This document shows positions 1 through 12,050 of a stretch of DNA of 49,095 bases, in pieces (within the stretch, counting starts at the first letter, position 1; every line of letters begins with the position of its first letter). Both the position numbers and the translations under genes were made by a program. The notes beneath the pieces were generated by a model. It worked only from the letters and a program-made list of their open reading frames with translations, was not told where the DNA came from and did no database searches. Origin of the DNA: Euglena gracilis (taxonomy: Eukaryota); contig CP154954.1 of assembly GCA_039621445.1 (NCBI GenBank), forward strand, positions 9,612,634 to 9,661,728, given 5' to 3'.

Positions 1-2413
1 AAACACGGCCATTACCTCGGCCTATCGGTATGTAGTGTTTGGGTGTTTAGTCCTTGGGCAGACAGACAGTCTCAAAATCCTTGAAGATGTGCCTGGGGGC
101 TCCAAAGCAACAAACGAGGCGAAAAAGGCAAGTCTGCATACTAAACCAGTGCATTGGGAATTATTGGCTTGCGCCTCTAAAATGTGGTGCACCAATAGAG
201 ACGAGGTCAGCTGTTTGTCGAAGGCCCGAGCCTGCCCTCCCCCCCCCGTGCTGCGGCGCAAGCCGTGGTGCACCCCCCACCAACTCCCATCTCCCCCACT
301 CTGTCCAGGTTCAAAAAAAATTTTGACCCCAAAATATGCCTTTCTTTTTAAAAAAAAATGCACCAATGCAACATCTGCCCCACCCCACCAAAACATCGTC
401 CAAACAATGCCATACCGGTTGCAAACATCAATGTACTCAAAAAAAACAGTTTACTTGTTCTTGGGGCCTAGGTGGTCATTTTCACCACCGGTGGGGAGGG
501 AGCCCAAAACGGCATCTAACCCCCCCCAAATTACCTGGCGGGTGCCAGGTTATTGGAACCAATTTATGGCCCTTCCCCCCTGCCAGGTTATTTGGGCCCT
601 TGTTTTCAGTGCCGTAAAAAATTTTGCCTCAAATGGGGGGTGCCAAGTTATTGGAACCATCTTTTTTGCTCCTCCCCCCACCAAGTTATTCAGCCACTAC
701 CAGGAGCAAGGGCCCCGCAGGCTATTTGGGAGGTTTACTGCTGGCTCCTAAGGACCCAGCACCACGTAAAATTGCCAAAATCATCTACATTGGGGGGGAT
801 GGGGCATCTGAGCTTCCGTCACATTGGCAAAACGCTTTATTGGACTGTGGAGAAAACCGATTGCATGGGAAAAAAGGCAACAAAAGATGTGATTCTGCTC
901 ACTGGTGACACCCTGTGCACCCGTAATCTGTTCGCAGGGTGCACAGAAGTGCCTGGTGACCGGATTTGGGCGTTTACGGGAGCGCCACAGCACACCCATG
1001 AACACCCAAAATTCACCTGTGAACACTGAAAAAACGAAATTCGGTAGGATGCAGGTCCCGTTAAACCTGGCCTGTGAGTTTGGGGAACGGTTAAAAGCCG
1101 AAATCAGGGTTTACCCAAGCGTAGAAACAGGGGGCGCCTTCGGCCCCCCGTTTCCACACCGGGAATTGTGAGTGAACCCCGATATTTCTCATGAAACATA
1201 ACAACAACAACAAACAAACCATGGCTGACCCAAATTTCAGCCTGAAACCAGGTTCAGCAGGGAATGGTTTGTTTCCACCTTCCCATTCAACAGACATGTT
1301 CCATTCTGTTCTGGCAGTGTACTTGTGAGGTACCAAGCGACCGAAGGTTGACCCCTTTATGGGAATTTAAAGCAAAACAAACAAAACCCCGTTCTGTCTC
1401 CTAACTCCCAAAACAAATATGAGTTCACAAAAAATCAGTGATAATTCGCGCCGAGGGGTCAAACCCCCAAGGGGGGGATCCACCTCGGCGGAGTGCCAGA
1501 ATTTCCCAATGGAAAGGAAATTGGTGTGGTGCGGCCGTGCCGAGAGGGGTCGGTCGACAGGGGGGGGGGGGTGATCATTTTGCCGTGCCGAGGGGCCTGA
1601 CGCCGGGGAGGGGTGCCAAACCTCCAAAAATTGAAACTATCAAAAGCCCGAAATTCGGCAATTTATACAAAAAAAATACATAAGCCAATAATTAAAACTA
1701 GGCAGCCCATGAATCATATTTGCCCAATTTTCCCCCCATTTTCTCGCCTTGGAAGGCGCAAAAAAATGTTACCGCCCGACCACGCCTTGGGGGGGGGTCA
1801 GAGGACCCACTTTGGGGGGTCAATTTTGAGGTCAAAAAATTTCGGCTCTTCGAGCCCAAAAAAAAGGGCCAAAAAATGGCCAAAACCCACCCTCCAACCC
1901 TTGGCCTTGGGGGTCCAGCGGAGCTCCCCCCCAACACCTCCCCCCTCCCCCTCCAAACTTTTAAAAAAAAATCCTGGTAGGCCACCCTTTGGCCAGAGAA
2001 AACCTCTGATTGTCGGACACAAAAGAGTTTCACAGCACACCTGAAAACAAAGAACAGCATCATTTGACGTTAACCCCTTTGCCAAAGTTGGCAAGGCAGG
2101 GAAGGTAGCAGCAATTGTAAGCATTAATAATGAGCCGATGCAAGACAAAGGAACAACTACATTCTGCATGTTTGCCATGTTCTGGAAAGGTCACAAAGAG
2201 TCTTTCTATGCTTCAAAAATCAGGCGCTACGTTGATAAAAAGAAATTTGTTTGCCCAGTTGTTGGTGCAATTAAAAACAAATGATGCTTTTTGTGCCTGT
2301 TTTTTTTTTGGGTGTTAGCCTGTTTTTTGGGTGTTTGGGTTAAGGAAATCCTAATTTGGCTTAGCACGTTCCGACCCTCACCCCCCCCCATTTGGCTTAT
2401 GGCCAGGCTCCTT

Positions 2414-3285
2414 CAGACGGCGCAATGACGTAGACGGGGGGGGGGGGCAGTGGGTAGTCGGCCGACTAGTCAGCCGACTACCCAATTGGTCGGCCGATTG
2501 GACCTGTCGGTAGCTAGTCGGCGAGACAGGGGGGGGGGGTGTGGGTAGTCGGCCGACTACCCACTCTGATGTACTAACGGGCCAAGTTCGCCGACTTTTA
2601 AGCCTCCCCCCTGTGAACAAATTCCACACACCGAAATGGTCCAGATGGGGTCAAATGAGCATCCTGCACCAATACAATCAACGACAGCTGAAAATGTAAG
2701 GTCCGTGGGGAGGGTGGTTTGGGTTTGTGGGACTCCAAAGGGGTAAAACAGATTGATAGACAAAGATTGCATGAAAATCCTTTGCAACTGACAGTGTTCT
2801 GTACCTTGAGGGCAGAAAATTCCTCCACCACCCTCACCACCACATCCCCCCAACCGCCCCCCCCCATCTGCTGCCCCCCCCCTCAAGCGAAATCCCTTTG
2901 TGCAGGCAAAATCCCTTAATGTGGGCAAAATACTAGGCCCCCCGCACCCCCCCCCCTCAAATAACGAAATCGCGGCTATTTTGACTGGGTCATTAAGCCA
3001 TTTTGATTGGGTTTTCCTTGCCACCGTATGGAAAATCTCATGGGCAAGCGTATGATTCTGCTAAAAAGCGGTCAAAACCGGAGATTTTTATCGCAAATCC
3101 TTGCATATTTACCCCCGGTTGGGGGGTTCTAGAGCCATTCGGGTGGGTTTTGGCTGGTTTTGGGATGATTTGGCCAAACATTTGGGGGGGTGGGCTTTTA
3201 AGTCGGCGACCTTGGCCCGTTAGTACATTAGAGTGGGTAGTCGGCCAACACGTCGGCCAACCCCCCCCCCCCAGTCTACCGTCTG
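2414..3285. mobile_element. Non-autonomous TIR element (MITE) with CAG...CTG ends and palindromic GTCGGCCGAC subterminal arrays; same family as 45485-46727
   Basis: Left end CAGACGG..TAGACGGGG..GTCGGCCGACTAGTC is the inverted copy of right end GTCGGCCAAC..CCCAGTCTACCGTCTG; internal sequence aligns by eye to the copy at 45.5-46.7 kb. Confidence 0.75.
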
Positions 3286-3364
3286 GGGCCCCTTCAGACC
3301 CCAAATTAGCCAATTACCATGCCCCCCCCCCCGGCCCCCCGGCCCCGGCACAAAGCACTGGACC

Positions 3365-3437
3365 ATCCGCTCCTGCCCCGCGTCCTCCAACGACGCCGCC
3401 TTCTGCGTCCAGCTCGCCAACTGCGCCGTGCGCGAGG
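3365..3437 (+). CDS. PFK: Single internal exon of an ATP-dependent 6-phosphofructokinase (kinetoplastid/euglenozoan type)
   Basis: Translates to IRSCPASSNDAAFCVQLANCAVRE, matching the trypanosomatid PFK segment (Y)MIRACPPSANDAAFCATLATLAVHEA as recalled. Very high GC3. GT donor at 3438 in phase for the following Ala. The 5' boundary is preceded by CTG plus 4-5 nt rather than AG. Confidence 0.75.
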
Positions 3438-5922
3438 GTGTGGGGGGGAAGAAGCATTGGTGTTGCATTGCCGCAATCAAGGATTGTCGGAAAGGCACCC
3501 AGCTGCTCGGCCAAAAATGGTCACCTGGACCGCACCACTGTTTCGGTGTTGGGTGTCCCTCACCCTCCTGGACCAGAGGGTGACGGTCCCCCCAAACCTG
3601 CCCTTAGCTCTGGTCTCCTTGGGGGGTGGGTTGCGCCATGGGTCAGATTTTGGCCCGGCCAAAGGCTGAGCAGAATTTTTTAAGCCTTTTCGGCCGATTC
3701 TGGCTGGGTTTTGGGTGGTGGGTGGGTGGGGGGGGGGGGCTTTGTGGGTGGGTGGGTTTTTGGAAAAAGTGGGTGGGTGGGCTTGAGCCCCCCCCATAGT
3801 GGGCATTTTTTTGTTCTTTTTTTAAAAAAAACAATGTGTTTTTTTTAAAAAAAACAGTTAAAAAAACATCAAAAAAAACAAAAGGAAAATTTCATTGAAA
3901 AAACTCGTTATGAAACTCCCAAACCATACTTTGAATCCTACTAAGTTCAAAAACTGCCAAAAATGGTCAAAAACATCCAAAAATGCAACAAAATGGAATT
4001 TTATAACTTTTTTTCATTTTTTTGTGCAAGGAAATTTTTGGCAGAAATTACCCAAAAGCTGCCAAAAATCATTGAAAATGTGCATTCAAAAAATTTTCCA
4101 TGCAAAACCCACTGGGTGTTTTTTTTGTTTTTTTAAAAAAAACATTGTTAGAATTTAAAACAAAAACAAAAAAACAACGTCAAAAAAAACAGGCCGGCCC
4201 ACTATGCCCCCCCCTCCGCTTTCTGAAACCACCCACAAATTACCCTCACCAGGTTTTGAATAGTGCTGAGTCCTTAATAGGACTTGCACGTAATGGAAGG
4301 ACGAAAAGACTGGCACTGCAAACTTCGTGTAATTTAAGATTTACAAAGCCCCGGGGGGTCTCATTTTCGGCTCAAAAAAACAGCTTTTCTGGGTCCGGGA
4401 GGCCAAAAAAAGCATTGTTTCGGGCAACAAATTTTTTTCGATTTTTTCGACTTTTTTGACCCGTTTTTGACCCAAAATCCACAGTTTTCAGCCCAAAAAC
4501 AGGGCACTGTGGGGTCGAAAAAGGCTCATTTTCGGCTCAAAAAAGCAGGTTTTCCGGGTCCGGGAGGCCAAAAAACATCGTTTTGGGCAAAAAAATTCAA
4601 TATTTTTCGACACAAAAAAATCAAAAACGGCCAAAAAAAGTCAAAACAGGCCAAAACTGTACATAATGGCCAAATTTGGCCGAAAAATGGCCATAACTTG
4701 GGCACTGTGGGGAAATCAAAATACTGTTAGATAGGGCATTTAAAGGGCTTCAACTCAGATCTCTGGACATCTCCTTTGATTCCGACCATTTTTGAGAAAA
4801 TTTAGAAAAATTGATTTTTTGGCCCCAAAAAAACAGCCAAAAACGGCCAAGTCGGATGCCTGCCGCGCTGTTTTGGGCCACATTTCAGGCCATGCAGGGA
4901 GTTGCGGGGAAATCAAAATACCGTTAGATAGGCATTGTAAGGGCTTCAATTTATGTCTCCGGACATTTCCTTTAACTTTACTTCATTTCAAACATACTTT
5001 GAAAACAACCCAAAATGGCCCTGAAATGGGCCAAAATTGGCCGAAAAATGGCCGTAACCCGGGCTACACGAAGAGTTTGGGGGGAAAGTAAACCATGGTT
5101 GGATAGAGTGTTCCAAGGGCTTCATTTTTGCTGTCTGGACATTTTCTTTGATTTTGCTTCATTGTCGAGATATTTTGAGCAAAAAAAACGGCCCAAAAAA
5201 ACACCCCAAAATGGCCGTTTGGGCCGCAAAAGCGCGCCGGAACGGGCCAGGCGTGTCAGTGGCCAAAATGGCAAACAGGAGGGTGATAAAGGGCCTCCGG
5301 GGGTGCATTTCGTCAGAAAATAATGTCTGTTTTCTCGAGATATTTTCGTTATTTGGTCCCTGGCGAAATGGCAGAGTTCCAAATCCTACCCAGTTTGGAC
5401 CCCTTCACATCTGAATAACTCGGTCCTAGCAGGGAGTTGGGGGTCAAACGGACGTGATTCGGCAACTAGAAATCCATTCGCTCGACACTGATAAAAAAAA
5501 ATTCCGGGAACGGAGCCATGATAATCTGCCGGTTTCCAAGGTGGTTCGAACCCCGGGGGGGGGGGGTTCGACCCCTCCATGGGTTTCGGGCCCAAAACGG
5601 GGTGCCGGGGAGTCGAAAAACGCTCATTTTGGGCTCAGAAACAGGTTTTCTGGGTCCGGGAGGCCTAAAAAACATCGTCGTGAAACAAAACTATTTTCAA
5701 TTTTTTGACTTTTTTTTAAACACCCACTCCCCGGGGGGGGGGGGGGGGGGGTAACACAATCTTAAATGAATCTATGGTGGCATCTCCCCCATGTCCCCCC
5801 GTTTCCGTCCGGTGGATGTGCGTTTTCAGCCAGGGGGGGATGTGCGTGTGGGACCCATCAACATGTGCCCGTTCTGATGTGCTATCAGGAACATTGCTCC
5901 GGCATCCTGGGGAACGTTTGGC

Positions 5923-5973
5923 TGGACCTGGGTTTGGTTCAATGTCACCATCTGCACAAAGATCACGCAACCA
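5923..5973 (-). other. 2A-like (StopGo) peptide coding segment, probably a retroelement remnant
   Basis: WLRDLCADGDIEPNPGP contains the exact D(V/I)ExNPGP consensus preceded by GD. Confidence 0.7.
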
Positions 5974-7489
5974 TGAACTGCACGGGGCGAGGGGATTGGA
6001 TTGCTTCCTGTAGCTGAAACGTGGCTCTGGACAGCTCCCGGATCTGGCCTGGGGGGGGGGTAGTGGACCGACCCTAGGATCGGCCAGGGTTGACGTTTTT
6101 TTTTGTTTTTTAAAAAAAAACATGTTTTTTTAAAAAAAAACACAAAAAAACATGTTTTTTTGAAAAAGCAAAAAAAGACCTTTTTCCTTGCGAAATAGCC
6201 ATTTTTTGAAGAAAAATTTTTGGGGGTGGTTCGGGTCACGAGGGGGGTAACGGGGGGGGGGGGTCACGGGGGAACATCACATTTTCGGTGGCCAAATTAG
6301 GAATCACCAAAAACGAATTTTTGGGGGGAAAATCCTTTTTAGGCTCCAAATTAGGAATCCCCAACCTAAAATTAGCATTTTGACACCAAATTAGGCATCA
6401 CCATTCCAAATTTTGCGAAATTTATGCCTCAAAATTAGGAATCCACCTGAATATTTTGTCAAATTAGGCATCACAGGCCCTCTAAAAATTTTTTATGTGT
6501 GAAAGTATCCAAATCTGTGTTTTCTGGTGCGAAAAATCATGCTTTCAACCAAAAAAAAATGAATGTTGCAGAGATAAAAATGAACTTTTTTCTAAAAAAA
6601 AACATTGCAAAAAATTTTCCCCCAAACCCTCCATGACGTTTTTTAGTTTTTTTAAAAAAACATGTTTTTTTGTTTCAAAAAAAACAAGCGCTCAACCTTG
6701 GGATCGGCCCACAGTCGCCAAAGGTCGCCAAAGGTCGCTATGGTCGACCCCCCCCAGGCTGTGGAGTGGGTGGCGACCCCAGAAACCCCAGTGGGTCGAC
6801 CCAGGGTCGACTTAGGGTCGGCCCACTCCACGACCTCCCCCCCCCACCACCCTAGAGTCGACTTAGGGTCGGCCCACACCACGACCTCCCCCCCCCCTTC
6901 AAAAAGAAAAAAAGGAAATTTTCGGGCCATTTTTGGGGGACAAATCCCTTGTGTTACCCACCCATTTTGGGGGGCAATCCCTTGAGTAACCCAACTGACT
7001 TGGGGGGCAAATCCCTTTTGTTGCCCAACTGTTCGAGGGCCCCTAAATAACAAAATCCCTTGTGTAACCCAACTGATTTGGGGGGGCAAATCCCTTTTGT
7101 TGCCCAACTGTTCGAGGGCCCCTATATCAAGAAAGACCTCCCTACACGGACTTTGTCCTGAGTCCGGTGGGGGGGGGGGGGCACGGACTTTGTCCGAAGG
7201 ACAAAGTCCGTGCCCCCCCCCACCGGACTCAGGACAAAGTCCGTGTAGGGGGTCTTGCTTTAAGTCCGTGTACTACCCCACCTCCGTCTCAGGACAAAGT
7301 CGGTGTATCCTAATGAGGAACATTAGTGTCGCTCAGGGTACACTTGTCTTTGTCTTCACAGCTCCATGTTGCCCGCACAAGTCGTAAACGTCGCTGAGGT
7401 TGTCTTGGGACCTTTGCCAACACCCGCAAAGTTGTTGGCAGGGTTGAAGGTGGCAGTTGAACCCCAGAACACAGAAACCACGGACACAG

Positions 7490-7935
7490 AGCTTTTTGGG
7501 GATGTTTTCACCCAAACGGTGCCCCAGCCCAGGGCAACGTCAAAAATCAGAAGGGGGGATATACCGCCTCGCCAATTTCAAAAAGTTTGCGAAATGCGAG
7601 GCTATGCCACCACTGATTTGGATGACTACATGGTGGCGTTTGCAAAGTGGGTGCTTTCGGTACACGCTTTGCATGACACAGAAGCTGAGAGGATTGCGAA
7701 AAGGCACAAAGGCAGCTTCCATGTCAACGGGCTGGGGTGCCCATGCACGAATGGGCTCCGCAAACGTTGACATCGTATGTCAACGCATTGGCTGTGCTAT
7801 ACAAATCAACAAAAACCAAGAATCCCATCGTCCCCAAAGCAAAATGCCATTTTCCAAAGTTCGTTACATTTGTGAACACAACATCACGGCTGAAAATTTT
7901 GGAGTTCGATTCCGTTTGTTCTATGCACTTCGATT
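7490..7935 (+). pseudogene. Degenerate, frameshifted ORF with possible HUH (Rep-like) transposase motifs
   Basis: VFTQTV..GDIP, ER....GSFHVNGLG and IG(C)AI..HNIT occur in the order expected for Rep motifs I, II and III, split over two frames. Resemblance only. Confidence 0.3.
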
Positions 7936-8161
7936 CAGGCCGTTCTATGCCCCCTCCCCGCAACAGTTGGTGTTGTCCTCGTTGCGACGGCCAGGAGATG
8001 CCTCCCTTGCCAGCTCGTGTCGAGAACATGAAGCGAAAGCAATGAGGGGGACACCAACTGTCTGCTACCGTTTTTTCCCCTGGAGACATTCAGTGGCACT
8101 ACCAGGTTTTTACGGTAGCTGCTCCCTATTCCCTCCCTGGCGCGTCACAACAGCAAGAGGA

Positions 8162-8424
8162 TACCAACCCCCCCCCCTCTATTTGGCCGCCCTCCGGGCG
8201 GCCCGGACCCCCCTTCTAGCCAATTAGGGGGGGGGACAATTAGGGGGGGGTTACCCCTAACCCCCCCCCCTAATTGGCCACCTGGACCCTGTCCTTTACA
8301 GTCGCGAACCCCCCAAAAAACCCGAATAAAGACATTTTCCCTTGAAATGAGTACCCCCCCCCCTAATTGGCCACCTGGGCTCTGGCCAATTAGGGGGGGG
8401 GGGACAAATAGGGGGGGGTTGGTA
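8162..8424. mobile_element. TA-flanked MITE (Tc1/mariner-like TSD)
   Basis: TA|CCAACCCCCCCC...GGGGGGGGTTGG|TA with internal CCCTAATTGGCC and GGCCAATTAGGG repeats. Confidence 0.7.
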
Positions 8425-9373
8425 ATTGTTCTGGGGCTCCATTTGCATTAGTCCTAGTGGTGGAAACATCAAGGTGGCCATTGGTGGAAATGGGGGGGGG
8501 GTACACCGGACTCAGGACAAAGTCCGCGCCCCCGCCCCCCGGACTTTGTCACCCTTGAGTCCGTCGTAGGGTACGCCGACTTTGTCCTGAGTCGGAGGGG
8601 AGGGTACACGGACTTAAAATAACAAAATCCCTTGTGTTACCCACCAGTTTTGGGGGGCAAATCCCTTGTGTAACCCAACCCCGGGCCCCAAAATAACAAA
8701 ATCCCTCGTGCTGCCCTAACGTTTTGGATGGCAAACCCCTTTGTTGCCCAGCTGCCCCAGGGCCCCAAAATAACAAATTCCCTTCTATGTTGGCAACATA
8801 CTTGGGGGCTACCATGCCCCCCCGCATAAGACCCCCCCTCGCTCGGGAGCCAAAATCCCAGGGTGGGGTCTTATATGGGAGGGGTCAGGGGTGTAGAAGT
8901 AATTTTTTCTCGGGGGGGGGGGCGAGATCCTCGACAAGACCAAATATATACATTTCTTCGGTAGTGCTTTTTTTGAAAGATGGCATTGAATGTAACAAAA
9001 AAAAGTGGCAATATTTGGCAGTATGTCACTGATCCATCACAACTTGGAAGCAGACCGCCATTTGGTGCGTATCACAACGTACCTGTGATACATTAATGTG
9101 ATACATGAAAAGAATTGTGGTGATACACATGTGAAACATTAAAAAAAATTTGGTGATACATATGTGATACACAAATTTTCCTTGGTGAAACATAGAATAA
9201 AAGTTGTGAAGCACAAACAAATTTGTAAGATGAAAAATTTACAGACAAACATAAGACGCTCACCCGGGCTTGAGGAACTCAGGTTCCCATGGCTGTTCCA
9301 GCCCCACTTCCGTGGTGCTAACCTGTCTGCCAAGACAGGTCCCTGCCATCTTTTTTTTTCATCTTTGAGGCAT

Positions 9374-11260
9374 GGAGCTGGGGTATCTGGCTAGCCGCGG
9401 CTAGCCGCGGCTGGCTGGCTGGCAAAAAAAAAGGAGGAGGTCTGGCCAGCCATGGCCAGACACGGCTGGCTGGGGGATTTAGAGGAGGAGGAGGTCTGGC
9501 TGGATTCTGGGTTGAGGATTGGAAAGAGGAGGAGGAGGTCTGGCTGGCCGCGGTGGAAAATTTTTTCAGTTCTTGTGGCGAACTGGGTAAGTCCTAATTC
9601 TGGGTGCTCTTTACAAAAAAGATTTTCCAATGACGAAAACTTGCACACAGCGGGGTTTGAACCCGCGACCTCACAGTTCCGAACTGCATCTTGCACCAAT
9701 TATACTGTGTGCACGATACACTTCGGAATACCAAAAGAGAAAAAGGACCAGTCCATGAAATGAAGCGAAGCGGAAGAAAGTTCGGGAGAGAACACATCTT
9801 GAAAAAATACCACATTTTGAATGTTGTAGTATGCAAATTTCTGTTCTAGTTAATTTGGTGCATGGGGGCACATCAAAGACCGAAGCACATGTTTTTTTTT
9901 GAAGGAATTATGAATCACCTACACGCAAAGAAATGCTTGCATTCCCAATCCTTCTCCTTCGGTGTCACAATGCCATTTCGTGTGGAAGCGGCGTGGGATG
10001 GTTATGATGAAAGTACAGGGTGCTGAAATGAAGTGAAAATACAGGAACTTATTGCTTTGTGGAAAGAGGGCCAACATCACCACATGCAGGCCACTCAGGC
10101 CTTTGCTCTGAACACATACACATTCGATCGAGCAGAGGCCTGCCTGCAACACGGTGACAGGCCCTTGGTGGGTCTACTTGTTTTCTGCTTGGTACTTCTA
10201 CCTGAAGACAGATTTCACAGACATTTTGTCCTTAGATGCTGGTTTTCGTCTGAAACTGCCATTTCTGTTCCTTGCGTTCTTTATTTGCTGTTCAACAAAT
10301 GTTCTTGGAAGCCAAAAAATTGGGGGAGAAGTTTTTCAATCTGGCAAACGACCCAAAATTTTGCATTTCACATTTTGTGCAATGTCATGGTTTTTTTGGG
10401 GGGCCAGATGTGCTGGCCAGTTTTGGGCCACATGTTCTGGCCAGTTTTGGGCTAGATGTGGTGGCCAGCTTTTGGGCCACAGGATTCTCTCAGGAAGGAG
10501 TTGTTTGGGTGCCATTCTCTTGGAAAGGGGGGGCAGAAAAGCAGTTTGTTTGCATTTTTTTTGGCAAAATATGTGTTTTTCAACGAGAAAAATGTCAGTA
10601 AAGTTTGACTGTGCCAAAAGTTTGTTTACTTTTTTGACCTTCGTTTATTTCACCCCCCCCTCCTCAAAAGTATGAGTTTTTAGGACGGAAAATTTTGAGA
10701 TTTTTTGTGGAAAAAAGTTTTTTCCCTTCAAAAATCACGTGTTTTTGGGTTTTATTTTTCAAAAAAAACTTTCCTGGCCAAAATCCCCGTTTCCCCGAAA
10801 TTGGTGAAAATGTTGTGGTGGGTGTGGGGGGGGGGGTCGACTGCCCCCCTTCGGTTCTTCCGGCGCAGTCATATGGTGCTGCCGTCAAAAATGTCGAAGA
10901 AATGTTCATCCACCCGAAAAATAAATAGTCTCGTCTTGCGCAGCACTTCTGGTGCCGTGGACCCCGGTTACTGCTGCTCGCTGTTGATTCATCCGCCTGG
11001 GTGGATGTTGTGATTAAACCTGGCGAGCGCAGCCGTCGAGCGTAATAAAAACCGAGGAGGTTGCGTCGTGCGGTCTTCGCCCTATATAATTTTTGAAGCC
11101 ACTAAAAAAAGAGGAGGAGGCGCCCCAGCCGCGGCCAGCCACGGCCAGCCGCGGCTGGCCGTGGCTGGTGGCTGGGAGAAAAGAGGAGGAGGAGGTCTGG
11201 CTGGTGGCTGGTGAAAAAAGAGGAGGAGGAGGTCTGGCTGGCCGTGGGGACCCCAGCTCC
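9374..11260. mobile_element. TIR element with GGAGCTGGGG termini and 3-bp TSD (CAT)
   Basis: CAT|GGAGCTGGGGT ... ACCCCAGCTCC|CAT; subterminal GAGGAGGAGGTCTGGCTGG repeats; second copy at 25286-27621. Confidence 0.8.
9642..9712 (-). tRNA. tRNA-like sequence (anticodon CGG, Pro-like), probably a pseudogene or SINE head
   Basis: 7-bp acceptor stem GCACACA/TGTGTGC plus A; T-arm GCGGG-TTCAAAC-CCCGC; variable loop AGGTC; 7-nt anticodon loop TTCGGAA. The D-arm is ~2 nt short and poorly paired. Confidence 0.55.
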
Positions 11261-11429
11261 CATGCACAGGGTTTTGTTTTTGGGCGGGTCCCCAGCTGCC
11301 ATATTTTTTTGTTTTTTTTGTAAGCAACTTCTCAGCTGCTATTTTTCAAAAAAAATTTGGACAGGATGAGAGAATAATGGAACGAAATCTTCTCCACTGT
11401 GCTGGATGAAGCTGCCAACTGACCCTTCT

Positions 11430-12050
11430 CGTCTTCTATAAGACGCCTCACCCCCGCTGGAATTGCCATGCGTGCCATGTCCTCAATTGTGAAGAATCCA
11501 AAAGTTTCCTTGCTGTCAAAACCCTCCTTCCGAAGGGAACCTTCAAAACGACGGAAGACAGGATTTTGAGACAACAACTCCTCAAACCATGGACAAGAGT
11601 GATCACTTTCTTCCTTCCGTGTTGAAACGACCTCCAATTGCCATCTCTCTTGGAACCTCCTCAACCCCGACTGATGCCACGAGGATGATTCTGTAGAGGA
11701 TTCGAGGTCCCACTGCGCCCCACTCTCTTCGGAAGAAGCGGAAAGACTACTTTCTGTGATGGAATCCCCACTCGAATTGGAAACAGAAATTCCATCAAAG
11801 GACGATGTTGCCTCGTCGACAGCACTGCACTGGGCAGTTCTCTGAGTTTCTTGTGCACCTCATCAAAAGAGAATTTCATGCCTGTCAAAGGCCAAGGTGG
11901 GCACTTTCAATTTTTTTTCTGGGGGGGGCAGATTCTGATGAAAAAACCCTCTCCAGGAGGCGAATCGGGGATGCCCTCGTCCTCCACGTTGCACAGCTCC
12001 GCGTAGCTGTCCTCCAAAGCATTATCACAAGAAAAGTGTTCCATTTGTCT
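11430..12050 (-). pseudogene. Degraded coding remnant ending in a SAM-like domain
   Basis: WFEELLSQNPVFRRFEGSLRKEGFDSKETFGFFTIEDMARMAIPAGVRRLI (11430-11595) follows the SAM pattern; upstream frames are broken by stops and frameshifts. Confidence 0.4.

Larger units (their letters stand above)
7124..8616. mobile_element. TSD-less element with ~130-bp terminal hairpin plus asymmetric inverted repeats (HUH/rolling-circle-like)
   Basis: Near-perfect palindrome 7129-7260 with a cGAAg loop at 7196-7198. TTAAGTCCGTGTAC (7260) is inverted at GTACACGGACTTAA (8604-8617). The empty site GGCCCCCT|AAATAAC is visible in the neighbouring host repeat unit (~7038-7051). Confidence 0.65.

Noticed and set aside
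22-2320. Numerous overlapping 60-240 aa ORFs
   Set aside because: Low-complexity repeat-derived sequence with homopolymer runs; no recognisable domains or codon bias.
7260-8617. TTAA TSD (piggyBac/Kolobok) around the inner inverted repeats
   Set aside because: Empty-site comparison places the left junction at 7124, outside the hairpin, so TTAA appears to be part of the repeat. Kept only as an alternative.
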